Assembly: GCA_022014175.1 (NCBI GenBank)
Contig: JAKLLR010000002.1
Coordinates: 1-50,795, forward strand
Length of the DNA: 50,795 bases
From: Gammaproteobacteria bacterium
GTDB lineage: Bacteria; Pseudomonadota; Gammaproteobacteria; Immundisolibacterales; JAKLLR01
Direction of reading: 5' to 3'
Of the stretch, positions 21,883-30,623 are shown piece after piece (positions within the stretch are counted from its first letter, which is position 1; each line of letters starts with the position of its first letter). Position numbers and translations under genes: made by a program. Under the pieces are notes generated by a model, which made no database searches, was not told the DNA's origin, and worked only from the letters and a program-made list of their open reading frames with translations.

Positions 21883-22840
21883 GACCAGTCGGGTGCTGCT
21901 GGCGGGTGCTGGCGGTATCGGCTGTTTTGTTGGCGCCAGGCTCTCTTCAGTGGTTGGCGTTGAGGTCGGGTTGCTGGCCCGGGGCGCCCAGTGCCAGGCC
22001 CTGCGGACTAACGGTGTTCGGCTGGTGGACAACGGTCAGCCCGAAGAGTCTTTCGATCTGCCGGTACTCGATAGTGGCTGTGGTGACGATCTTGCGAAGG
22101 TTGGCCGTTACGACTGGGTGATTGTCTGCTGTAAAACCCAGCATACCGAGGCACTGGCGGCGCAGTTGCTGCCGGTGGTCCGTGGCGATGCCCGCATCCT
22201 CTCGCTGCAGAATGGGGTTGACAATGAACCGCTGTTGGCCGCCGCCTTTCAGCGGGAGGTGGTGGGTGGGCTCTGTATCCGGTTTGCGGCCCATTTGACC
22301 GCCCCGGGGCAGGTTTCGGTGGTGGGCCCGCCGATTACCATGATCGGCGAGTACCCCCAGGGTGTTTCTGATCGGGTCCGGCAGATGGTGGCGTGGCTGA
22401 ACCTGGGCGGTATGCAGGCCCAGACCACCGAAGATATTCGCAAGGATCTCTGGCGCAAGCTGGTCATCAATGGCGCGGTGAATCCGGTGACTGCGCTGCT
22501 GGGGCGGGATACCGGGTTCGTTCGCGACAGCCACCATGCCCTCGCGGTGGTTCGAGAGGTGATGGATGAGATCGCAGCAGCGGCCCGGGTTGATGGGGTT
22601 GATCTGTCCGGGGATGATTTGGCGCAGATGTGGCAGGTGGTCAAGCAGATCGACGCCTTCAAGTCTTCTATGCAGATTGATGCTGAGCGGGGCAGCGAAC
22701 TGGAGTATGCGGGGCTGACCGAGGCGGTGCTGCGGCGGGTTGAGGTCAGCGGAGGATCGGCTCCTGTGACCCGGACCCTCGAACGGTTACTGAAAGCGTT
22801 ATATCCACCCCAATCGGGTTCGGAGGGAGATCGTGTCTGA
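21875..22840 (+). CDS. Ketopantoate reductase (PanE/ApbA) family oxidoreductase
   Basis: N-terminal Rossmann motif LLAGAGGIGCFVGARL. Length and C-terminal helical domain pattern are typical of 2-dehydropantoate 2-reductase family members. Confidence 0.75.
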   Translation: MSETSRVLLAGAGGIGCFVGARLSSVVGVEVGLLARGAQCQALRTNGVRLVDNGQPEESFDLPVLDSGCGDDLAKVGRYDWVIVCCKTQHTEALAAQLLPVVRGDARILSLQNGVDNEPLLAAAFQREVVGGLCIRFAAHLTAPGQVSVVGPPITMIGEYPQGVSDRVRQMVAWLNLGGMQAQTTEDIRKDLWRKLVINGAVNPVTALLGRDTGFVRDSHHALAVVREVMDEIAAAARVDGVDLSGDDLAQMWQVVKQIDAFKSSMQIDAERGSELEYAGLTEAVLRRVEVSGGSAPVTRTLERLLKALYPPQSGSEGDRV

Positions 22841-23426
22841 GCGTAAAAAAATAGAGTTGTTTTTCAACTTCCGCAGTCCCTACTGCTATTTTGCCAGTCA
22901 GCGGATGTGGTCGCTGTTTGATGAGTTTGATGTGGATCTGGGGTGGCGGCCCCTGGGGGGCTGGAATGGTCGTTCAGCGCCGGAGCGGGCCAAGCGGATC
23001 ATCCCCACAATGCGTCAGGACATGGCCCGCTGGGCCCGCAGACTCGGTGTACCCTTTACTCCGCCCCCCGCTTCGACTGATGGTACCCGGGCAGGTGCGG
23101 CCTCCCTGTTAGTCGAACAGCGAGGCCTGTTACGGCCCTATGTCAGCGCCATGATGGACGCGGTCTGGGGCCAGGGGCTGAATATCGCCGAGGATGGCCC
23201 TCTGCTGATGGTGGCGGCCAAAGTGGGCATTGATGGGGCTGAACTGCTGGCGGCAGCAGATGATGCCCGGCGTGGGGAGAAATTGCTCGAAAACTGGCGG
23301 TTGGCAGAGAGTAGCGGCGTTTTCGGGGTGCCGAGTTTTCTGCTGGGCGAGCAGATATTCTGGGGCAATGACCGGATTGAATTTGTCGCCGATTACCTGA
23401 GGGAACAGGGCCTGGCGAAAGTCTGA
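22833..23426 (+). CDS. DsbA-fold 2-hydroxychromene-2-carboxylate isomerase family protein
   Basis: FFNFRSPYCYFAS N-terminal motif and C-terminal GVFGVPSFLLGEQIFWGNDRI motif. GTG start overlaps the upstream stop by 8 nt. Confidence 0.7.
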   Translation: MSERKKIELFFNFRSPYCYFASQRMWSLFDEFDVDLGWRPLGGWNGRSAPERAKRIIPTMRQDMARWARRLGVPFTPPPASTDGTRAGAASLLVEQRGLLRPYVSAMMDAVWGQGLNIAEDGPLLMVAAKVGIDGAELLAAADDARRGEKLLENWRLAESSGVFGVPSFLLGEQIFWGNDRIEFVADYLREQGLAKV

Positions 23427-23580
23427 TTCAGCGATTGAAGAAAAGAGCCTGTAGTGACGGGGTACTTTTATTCGTCTGTATTCGTCGGGCGCTGCCCCCG
23501 CCACAGGTCTACAACCGGTAAACCCGAGCGGCGCCTTTAAACTGGGGGGGTAGTCGCGCTCTCAGAATGATATTGCCCGG

Positions 23581-24336
23581 TTATCTGGATTTCAGCCGGG
23601 CGACCAGTCCCCTGAGGGTGGCCTGGGTCTCTTCGGTAAACCAGGAATCCACTACGGTCATCAGCGTCTGTTCGTCGGGTTCCGGGGCCATCTCCAGCAG
23701 CTCTGAACGGGTGCGCTGGCGAGTCTGCTGCATGGCATTGGGGGGTAGCTGGGTTACGCCCTGGGCGTAGTTGATCGCCAGATCTCTGACCTGGTCCGCC
23801 GGGGCCAGTTCGTTAACCAGGCCGATGCGCAGAGCCTTCTGGGGGGTCATCAATTCGGCTGTCGTGCACATGTTGGCCGCCTGATGGCTGCCGACCAGAT
23901 AGCGCAAGACCTGGTAGAGCATATCCGGCATAGGGATGCCGACGGCGACCTCGTTGAGACCGATCTTGAATTTCGGCTCCTCCGCCATGATGCGATAGTC
24001 GCAGCAGATCGCCATTACACAGCCCCCAGCCGGAGCGTGGCCGCCGAGGGCACCGATCACCGGGATCGGGCTGGCAATCATGCTCCGCATCATGTGGAAC
24101 AGATCCCGCCAGAGAGTGACAATGCCATCCCGCTCAAGCGGCAACAGGCTGGGGACATCGAGTCCCGCAGAAAAGATGGTGCCGCTGTTGCTGAGTACTA
24201 TAGCCCTGGCACCCTCGTCCGGCGCAGAGCGAACGGCCTCAGTCACTGCATGGATAAACGGCAGCCCCATGGCGTTGGCGGGGGGGTTGGTCAGGCAGAG
24301 TTCAGCTACAGCATCGTGGCGTAAGGTTTCGATCAT
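23581..24336 (-). CDS. Enoyl-CoA hydratase/isomerase (crotonase) family protein
   Basis: Crotonase-fold pattern (IVLSNSGTIFSAGLDV ... PVIGALGGHAPAGGCVMAICCDYRIM), 251 aa. Confidence 0.8.
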   Translation of the reverse strand: MIETLRHDAVAELCLTNPPANAMGLPFIHAVTEAVRSAPDEGARAIVLSNSGTIFSAGLDVPSLLPLERDGIVTLWRDLFHMMRSMIASPIPVIGALGGHAPAGGCVMAICCDYRIMAEEPKFKIGLNEVAVGIPMPDMLYQVLRYLVGSHQAANMCTTAELMTPQKALRIGLVNELAPADQVRDLAINYAQGVTQLPPNAMQQTRQRTRSELLEMAPEPDEQTLMTVVDSWFTEETQATLRGLVARLKSR

Positions 24337-24432
24337 CTGGATTTATCCTGATTATGTTGTGGCAGGGATCGTCTTGCCGACCCGGATCAGCCAAGTATTA
24401 TAGGCCGCCAGGTTTACCGGATCAGGCTCGTC

Positions 24433-25917
24433 GTGTCCGCACCATCCACTTATGCACCCCACAGCCGTTGGGGTCTGTTTATTGGCCCACTGGCAGCGCT
24501 GGTTCTGCTGCTATTGCCGACGCCGTCGGCGCTCGGGGTTGACGGCCAGCGGGTCGCCGCGCTGGCTCTGCTGATGGCGATCTGGTGGATGAGCGAAGCT
24601 TTGCCCCTGGCGGCTACCTCACTTCTGCCCCTGGTTCTGCTGCCGCTGCTCGGGGTCAGAACCACTGCAGAAGCCGCAGCACCCTACGCCCACCATCTGA
24701 TTTTCCTTTTTTTGGGTGGCTTTATGATTGCCGCCGCGGTGCAGCGCTGGGGTCTGCACCGACGGCTGGCAGTGCATACGGTACGTCTGGTGGGGCTGAG
24801 TCCCCGGCGGATGGTGCTCGGTTTCATGGTTGCCAGTGCAACAGTCTCGATGTGGGTGACCAATACCGCCACCACCCTGATGCTGTTGCCGGTTGGGCTG
24901 GCGGTGATCGCGCAGATCAGGAGTCTGGATCCTGACCCGGATGAGGCGACTCGCTTTGCTACCTGTTTGCTGCTGGGTATCGCTTACGGCGCCAGTATCG
25001 GCGGGGTCGGGACCCTGATTGGAACCGCTCCGAACGCGGTGATCGCCGGGGTTGTAGAGGAGCTCTATGGTCAGTCAATCAGCTTCTTCTCCTGGATGCT
25101 TTACGGTGTGCCGCTCGCCGGGGTGATGCTGGTGATCTGCTGGTTGCTGTTGACCCGATTGATCTATCCGGTGGGCCGGGCGACTCTGGTTGGTGGTGAC
25201 GTATTTTTGCAACAGGAGCTGGCGAAGCTGGGGCCGATGAGCCGGGAGGAGAAGTGGGTATTAGCGGTGTTCAGCCTGGTAGCGGCCTGCTGGATTTTTC
25301 GGGGGCTGGTGCCGCTGCCGGTTCTGGTCGGAGTGAAGGACGGCACTTTTGCGATTATGGGTGCAATCCTGCTTTTTGTGATTCCTGTGGATCTGGCTAA
25401 AGGCCGGTTTCTACTGGATTGGGAGACCGCGCTCAAGATTCCCTGGGAAGTGTTGATTCTGTTCGGCGGTGGCCTCTCTCTGGCCGCGGGTTTTGGCAGC
25501 AGTGGTCTAGCGGACTGGATTGCTGGTCAGCTCGGTGCCGTAGGCGGTTTGAACCTGTTTCTGGTGGTTGCGCTGATTGCTCTGGTTACGGTGTTTCTGA
25601 CTGAGATGACCTCGAATACCGCGACCTCAACCATTCTGGCCCCGGTGATGGGGAGTCTGGCTCTGGCGATAGCGGTGCACCCCTACGTTTTGATTGTGGC
25701 GGCGGGTACTGCCGCCTCTTACGCCTTTATGCTGCCGGTCGGCACACCCCCCAACGCGATTGTCTTCAGCAGTGGCGAGGTGACCATGGGACAGATGGTC
25801 AGGGCGGGGCTGGTTCTAAATCTGGTGGCAACTCTGCTGGTCACGCTTGCGGTGACTGTCTGGCTGCCGCTGGTCTGGGGTTTTGATCCCGCCAGCTTCC
25901 CGCTCTGGGCCGGTTGA
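24433..25917 (+). CDS. DASS/SLC13 family anion (sulfate/di-tricarboxylate):sodium symporter
   Basis: 494-aa polytopic protein with SLC13-like motifs (AIWWMSEALPLAATSLLP, TEMTSNTATSTILAP, MLPVGTPPNAIVF). Apparent GTG start. Confidence 0.8.
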   Translation: MSAPSTYAPHSRWGLFIGPLAALVLLLLPTPSALGVDGQRVAALALLMAIWWMSEALPLAATSLLPLVLLPLLGVRTTAEAAAPYAHHLIFLFLGGFMIAAAVQRWGLHRRLAVHTVRLVGLSPRRMVLGFMVASATVSMWVTNTATTLMLLPVGLAVIAQIRSLDPDPDEATRFATCLLLGIAYGASIGGVGTLIGTAPNAVIAGVVEELYGQSISFFSWMLYGVPLAGVMLVICWLLLTRLIYPVGRATLVGGDVFLQQELAKLGPMSREEKWVLAVFSLVAACWIFRGLVPLPVLVGVKDGTFAIMGAILLFVIPVDLAKGRFLLDWETALKIPWEVLILFGGGLSLAAGFGSSGLADWIAGQLGAVGGLNLFLVVALIALVTVFLTEMTSNTATSTILAPVMGSLALAIAVHPYVLIVAAGTAASYAFMLPVGTPPNAIVFSSGEVTMGQMVRAGLVLNLVATLLVTLAVTVWLPLVWGFDPASFPLWAG

Positions 25918-25990
25918 GCCAGTGGTCGGCCTTGCAAAATTTCAGAACAATATGATGCTAAAGTGATCGACTCGAACCAACCAGCAGAGG

Positions 25991-26458
25991 ATGAAATCAA
26001 CGATGTTGAGCAAAAAAACTAGGTTCCTGGCTGCCGCCGCTCTGGGGCTTTGCATGACCAGCGTAGTGGCGGAAGGCACCAAACCCGAGGATGTGGTTGA
26101 GTATCGTAAATCAGTCTTTCGTGTGATTGCCTGGAACTTCGGCCCCTTGGTGGCGATGGTGAAAGGCGAGATGGATTATGACCCTGCAGAGTTCACTCTG
26201 CGGGCAGAGCGTATGGCGGCCCTGAGCAGTCAGCCGCTGGAAGGGTTCTTGCCGGACACCCTGGTGGGTGACAGCGAAGCCAAGCCTGAAATCTGGGAAA
26301 ACTGGGCGGACTTCAAAGCCAAGATGGCGGATCTGGAAGAGGCTACCTCAGCCCTGGCAGAAGCCTCGCTCAGCGGTGACATGAAGACCATCGTGCCAGC
26401 CTTCAAGGCCACCGGTGGTGCCTGCAAGGCATGCCACGACGACTATAAGGAAGAGTAG
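25991..26458 (+). CDS. Cytochrome c' (class II c-type cytochrome)
   Basis: Signal peptide, four-helix-bundle-length protein, and a single C-terminal heme motif CKACHDDYK. Confidence 0.85.
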   Translation: MKSTMLSKKTRFLAAAALGLCMTSVVAEGTKPEDVVEYRKSVFRVIAWNFGPLVAMVKGEMDYDPAEFTLRAERMAALSSQPLEGFLPDTLVGDSEAKPEIWENWADFKAKMADLEEATSALAEASLSGDMKTIVPAFKATGGACKACHDDYKEE

Positions 26459-26474
26459 CCGGCCCGCATGTGGG

Positions 26475-27173
26475 TCAATTTACCAGCCAGGTGATTGCGC
26501 CGGCCGAGAGCCCCAATAACAGCAGGGCCCGCCACAGGGGTGCCTGTGGCGCCGTAGCGGGCTCCTGCTGTTTGGTCAGTGGCATATTGCCGGTGAACAT
26601 CGATTTGATCAGGTTTTGCCGTTTGTAGAGCAGGTAGAAGAGTACCGCGGCAACGTGCAGTCCGACTGCGGCCAGTAACAGATTGAAGTTGAGGTGGTGA
26701 ACTGTGGTCAGCAGATCACTGGTCGCCCCGGAGACCCGGTGGTAGAGCGGTCCTTCAGTGAAGATGTCGTCGCTGGCGAAGAGTCCCGACCCCCCCTGTA
26801 GTGCCACCAGTAGCAGTAGCACGACTACCATCACCCCTCCCAGAGGGTTGTGCCCGGGGTGGCGGGGGCTGCTGCGCTGACCCAGAGTGCGGGAGTAGTT
26901 GAGAATGGTTTTAGGCCCCCGCAGAAAGCTGCTGAAGCGGGCGGGCCGACTGCCCCAGATGCCCCAGAGCAGACGAAACAGGACCAGCGAGAGCGCGGTG
27001 TACCCGAGCCACATATGCCAGTCCATGTAGAGGAGACCAGCCTCTGCGGTGACCCAGGAGCCAGTCAGACTAAGAAACAGAAGCCAGTGGAACAGCCTCA
27101 CCGGCAGGTCCCAGACTCTCACCGGCCGGATCTCTTTATTCTCTTCGGTAGTCACGTTTGCTTGCGTCGTCAC
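26475..27173 (-). CDS. Cytochrome b561 family protein (Ni/Fe-hydrogenase b-type cytochrome-like)
   Basis: 4-TM protein with conserved histidines (VRLFHWLLFLS ..., HHLNFNLLLAAVGLHVAAVLF). Convergent with cytochrome c'. Confidence 0.8.
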   Translation of the reverse strand: MTTQANVTTEENKEIRPVRVWDLPVRLFHWLLFLSLTGSWVTAEAGLLYMDWHMWLGYTALSLVLFRLLWGIWGSRPARFSSFLRGPKTILNYSRTLGQRSSPRHPGHNPLGGVMVVVLLLLVALQGGSGLFASDDIFTEGPLYHRVSGATSDLLTTVHHLNFNLLLAAVGLHVAAVLFYLLYKRQNLIKSMFTGNMPLTKQQEPATAPQAPLWRALLLLGLSAGAITWLVN

Positions 27174-27241
27174 CTTTGCAGGTCGATGATAAGTTGTCAG
27201 CCCCGGTGGGGCAACAGAGCCAGCAGAACAGCAGAGCTTGC

Positions 27242-27700
27242 ATGAAACGATTGCTGATTATCTACCACAGCCAGGGCGGTAGCACCGAACAGCTGGCGGA
27301 GGCGGTCGAGCAGGGAGCGGTGGAGTCCGGCGAGCCGGTAGAAGTCCGTCGGCTCGGGGCTTTCGATGCGGGACTGGATGATCTGCTCTGGGCGGATGCT
27401 GTGATTTTTGGTACCCCGGAGAATTTCGGTTACATGGCGGGTGCGATCAAGGATTTTCTGGACCGGACCTACTATCCTGCGCAGGGCAGGGTTGAAGGGC
27501 TGGCTTATGCGCTGTTCGTTAAAGCGGACAACGACGGTAGTGGTGCGGTTTACCACTTTGAGCGTATTGCTTCCGGTTACCCGTTGAAACGGGTCTGCGA
27601 GCCCCTGATTTTCAAGGGTGATCTAACCGAATTTGCGATCGCCGAGTGCCGGGAGTTAGGCGGGACCCTGGCGGCTGGTTTGGTCATGGGGGTTTTTTAA
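27242..27700 (+). CDS. Flavodoxin-like fold NAD(P)H-dependent FMN reductase family protein
   Basis: Start taken at ATG 27242 (MKRLLIIYHSQGGSTEQLAEAV), with a flavodoxin-like FMN loop and the FGTPENFGYMAG motif. Confidence 0.7.
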   Translation: MKRLLIIYHSQGGSTEQLAEAVEQGAVESGEPVEVRRLGAFDAGLDDLLWADAVIFGTPENFGYMAGAIKDFLDRTYYPAQGRVEGLAYALFVKADNDGSGAVYHFERIASGYPLKRVCEPLIFKGDLTEFAIAECRELGGTLAAGLVMGVF

Positions 27701-27762
27701 TGGCTGTTCAGTCCAGGTTCAGGTTAGGGAGTCTAGCCTGCGGCTCTCATCCAGGTGAATCG

Positions 27763-28068
27763 ATGCTGAAATTCCGGATAAAACCGAAACTGCTGTGTCT
27801 GGCCCTCTTGTTATCGCTGGGGCCTCCGGTAGCTTTGGCCCGGCCGGATGGTCACGGTTTGCAGTTGGCCCAAAACAGCCATGGCAAGGGCAAGCCCCTG
27901 TCAGAGACCGTTGATCAGTATGGCAGACAGAAGCGCAACCGGGTGCTGTCAGCAGAGCCGAAAAAACAGAACGGGAGAGAGCTCCACAGCATCCGGGTGC
28001 TGACCGATGATGGCCGGGTCAAAACGATCCTGATCGACCCTGAAACGGGCCGGGAAATCCGGCGCTGA
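27763..28068 (+). CDS. Small secreted PepSY-domain protein
   Basis: Start taken at ATG 27763 (MLKFRIKPKLLCLALLLSLGPPVALA, a signal peptide). The C-terminus (HSIRVLTDDGRVKTILIDPETGREI) looks like a PepSY domain. Sits directly upstream of the two-component pair. Confidence 0.6.
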   Translation: MLKFRIKPKLLCLALLLSLGPPVALARPDGHGLQLAQNSHGKGKPLSETVDQYGRQKRNRVLSAEPKKQNGRELHSIRVLTDDGRVKTILIDPETGREIRR

Positions 28069-28077
28069 ATCGCTCTC

Positions 28078-28761
28078 ATGCGACTGCTTCTGGTTGAGGA
28101 TGAACCGCAGTTGAGGATACAGCTGGCTGAGCAGCTGGAAGCCTCGGGTTATGTGGTGGATCAGGCGGGGGACGGTACCGAAGGGCTCTATTTCGGCACT
28201 GAATATCCCCTGGATCTGGCCGTGGTGGATCTCGGCCTGCCGGACTTTTCCGGGGTCGAGCTGATTCGTCGGTTGCGCAGCGCTGGGCGTGCCCTGCCAG
28301 TGCTGGTGCTGACTGCTCGGGATCGTTGGCAGGATAAAGTCGAAGCGCTGGAGGCGGGGGCAGACGACTATCTGGTCAAACCCTTCCAGTTTGAGGAGTT
28401 GCAGGCCCGGTTGAATGCGCTGCTGCGGCGGGCCGCTGGCTGGAGTCATCCCCTGATTCAGTCTGGCCCGGTGGAGTTCGACTCTGCCCGCCAGCAGGTG
28501 CGCCTGTCCGGTGTGGAGGTTGAGCTGACCGGGTATGAATACCGGCTGCTGGAGTATCTGATGATGCATCTGGGTGAGCCGGTCTCCAAGAGCTCGCTGA
28601 TGGAGCACCTCTATCCGGACGAGGCGGAGCGGGACAGCAATGTGATTGAGGTGTTTATCCGCCGTCTGCGGCAGAAACTCGACGGGGACGGCACCCTGCA
28701 CCCCATCGAGACTTTGCGGGGGCGGGGTTACCGCTGGTCCCTGGGTCATTCTGACCGATGA
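28078..28761 (+). CDS. OmpR/PhoB-family response regulator (PhoP-like)
   Basis: Receiver domain (MRLLLVEDE ... DLAVVDLGLPD ... LVLTAR ... ADDYLVKPF) plus a winged-helix C-terminus (IETLRGRGYRW). Confidence 0.92.
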   Translation: MRLLLVEDEPQLRIQLAEQLEASGYVVDQAGDGTEGLYFGTEYPLDLAVVDLGLPDFSGVELIRRLRSAGRALPVLVLTARDRWQDKVEALEAGADDYLVKPFQFEELQARLNALLRRAAGWSHPLIQSGPVEFDSARQQVRLSGVEVELTGYEYRLLEYLMMHLGEPVSKSSLMEHLYPDEAERDSNVIEVFIRRLRQKLDGDGTLHPIETLRGRGYRWSLGHSDR

Positions 28762-30098
28762 TGAATTCACTTCAGGCCCGTCTGCTAGTTCTGGCGGGGC
28801 TGCTGTTGGTGGTTTTTGTCGGCGGTGCGGGCATCACCCTGGAGCGGGGTGCGGCGGAAGCCGCCCGGGCCGGGGTTCGTAAGAACCAGATGGGGGTGAT
28901 GTATGGCCTGTTGGCGGCGGCGGAGTATGAACCCGGTGGTCTGGTGAGCATTCCACGATTGCCTGAACCACGTCTTGGCCAGCCCGATTCCGGGCTCTAT
29001 GCGACGGTGGTGGATTCGAACGGGGCGATTCTTTGGCGTTCCCCCTCAGCGGAGACGGAGTCCCTGCTTGCAGTGCCGTCACTGCCGCCGCCGGGGGTTT
29101 TCAGGTTTGAATACCGCAAACAGCAGGATCTGTTTCGGCTGAATTACGGGGTGCTCTGGGAGGGCATCGACGGCGACGAACAGTATCTGGGCCTTGAAGT
29201 ACTACAGAATAGCGAGCTCTACGCCCAGACCCTGGCGAGCTTCCGCCGGACCCTCTGGAGCTGGCTTGGGGTTCTGGGGGTGTTGCTGCTACTGTTGCAG
29301 ACCGCCCTGCTGCGCTGGGGGCTGGCACCGCTGCGGCAGGTGAGTCACGCGGTTTCTCAGGTAGAGAAGGGGGAGCAGGCGGAGGTGGTGGGGCGCTACC
29401 CTCGGGAGCTGGCGCACCTCACCGATAATCTTAATCGATTGATTCGCAGTGACCGGGCTCGGTTTGAACGCCAGCGTAACGCGCTGGGGGACCTCTCCCA
29501 CAGTCTGAAAACTCCGCTATCCGTGCTGAATGGGGCGGTGGATCGAGACACCAGCGAGCAGCTCGTCAACACGGTGCGGGAGCAGACTGCCCGGATGGAC
29601 GCAATTGTTCAGCACCAGCTGCGTCGCGCCACTTTGGGCAATCGGGGTATTGGCCGGACGGTACCGGTGGCGCCGGCGGCCGCCCGGGTGGTCTCGGCCC
29701 TCTCCACGGTTTACACCGAGAAAAGTGTGCGGTGTGAGCGGGATGTGCCCACCAGCCTGCATTTCCCCGGCGATGAAGGGGACCTGATGGAGCTACTGGG
29801 TAATCTGCTGGATAACGCCTTCAAGTGTTGCCGGGAGCGGGTTCGCTTGAGTGCGGGTCTGGAATCCGGGGCGTTTCAGCTGAGGGTGGAGGATGACGGC
29901 CCAGGTATCGCGCCGTCAGATCGATCTTTGATTGGTAGTCGGGGGGTCCGTCTGGATGAGCGGCGACCCGGCAATGGTATTGGTCTGGCTGTGGTGCAGG
30001 AGATTGTCAAAGCGTATGGTGGTGATCTCGAGATCGGCGAGAGTAACCTGGGTGGCGCCCGGGTCTGTCTGACCATCGGATTGGCAAATCTGACCTGA
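28758..30098 (+). CDS. Sensor histidine kinase (PhoQ/QseC-like, two TM helices with a periplasmic sensor domain)
   Basis: H box DLSHSLKTPLSVL, N box GNLLDNAFKC, G1 DDGPGI, G2 GNGIGLAVV. ATGA overlap with the regulator gene. Confidence 0.9.
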   Translation: MMNSLQARLLVLAGLLLVVFVGGAGITLERGAAEAARAGVRKNQMGVMYGLLAAAEYEPGGLVSIPRLPEPRLGQPDSGLYATVVDSNGAILWRSPSAETESLLAVPSLPPPGVFRFEYRKQQDLFRLNYGVLWEGIDGDEQYLGLEVLQNSELYAQTLASFRRTLWSWLGVLGVLLLLLQTALLRWGLAPLRQVSHAVSQVEKGEQAEVVGRYPRELAHLTDNLNRLIRSDRARFERQRNALGDLSHSLKTPLSVLNGAVDRDTSEQLVNTVREQTARMDAIVQHQLRRATLGNRGIGRTVPVAPAAARVVSALSTVYTEKSVRCERDVPTSLHFPGDEGDLMELLGNLLDNAFKCCRERVRLSAGLESGAFQLRVEDDGPGIAPSDRSLIGSRGVRLDERRPGNGIGLAVVQEIVKAYGGDLEIGESNLGGARVCLTIGLANLT

Positions 30099-30134
30099 AT
30101 CGGTTAAATCATTGCTGAGTTATTGCGGAGCTTT

Positions 30135-30623
30135 ATGCCTTTATTGTTAGTACTGTTTCTAGTTTTTCTCGCCGTCCCCCTGGTGGAGATCTATCTGTTG
30201 ATTGAAGTCGGCAGCCGGATTGGTGCGGTCTGGACCCTGATTCTGGTGGTGGGCACAGCTGCCCTGGGCGCGGCACTGTTGCGGCAGCAGGGTTTAAGTA
30301 CCCTGAACAAAATTCAGCTTGAGCTGGCCCGGGGGCAACTGCCTGCGGTGGGTCTGGTTGAGGGGCTTTTGCTACTGTTGACCGGGGCGCTACTGCTGAC
30401 CCCCGGTTTTGCCACCGACACCCTCGGCTTTATCCTGCTAATTCCGCCGCTGCGCCATGCTGTGGCCGCATTAATCGTGCACCGGCAGCTGCTGAAGGTG
30501 GCGGGTGTGGTCCGACCCGGACAACCTTCAGGTTCTGCTGGCCCGGGTGACATCCGGGGCCCGAATTCGGGGCCGAAAGGGTCCCGAACTTTCGACGGCG
30601 ATTACGAGCGGCTCGACGACTAG
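30135..30623 (+). CDS. fxsA: FxsA family cytoplasmic membrane protein
   Basis: MPLLLVLFLVFLAVPLVEIYLLIEVGSRIG and LLLTPGFATDTLGFILLIPPLR motifs typical of FxsA. ATG at 30135 is preferred over the TTG at 30123. Confidence 0.8.
   Translation: MPLLLVLFLVFLAVPLVEIYLLIEVGSRIGAVWTLILVVGTAALGAALLRQQGLSTLNKIQLELARGQLPAVGLVEGLLLLLTGALLLTPGFATDTLGFILLIPPLRHAVAALIVHRQLLKVAGVVRPGQPSGSAGPGDIRGPNSGPKGSRTFDGDYERLDD

Noticed and set aside
27949-28770. 273-aa ORF antisense to the response regulator gene
   Set aside because: Shadow ORFs opposite OmpR-family regulators are a well-known artefact. It has no ribosome-binding site or motif support.
29918-29927. AGATCGATCT 10-bp palindrome in the histidine kinase gene, sharing the core of the 35768-35792 palindrome
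   Set aside because: It is short, and the ATCGAT/GATC core recurs often here as Ile-Asp or Asp-Arg-Ser codons. I see no reason to link it to the ParA locus.
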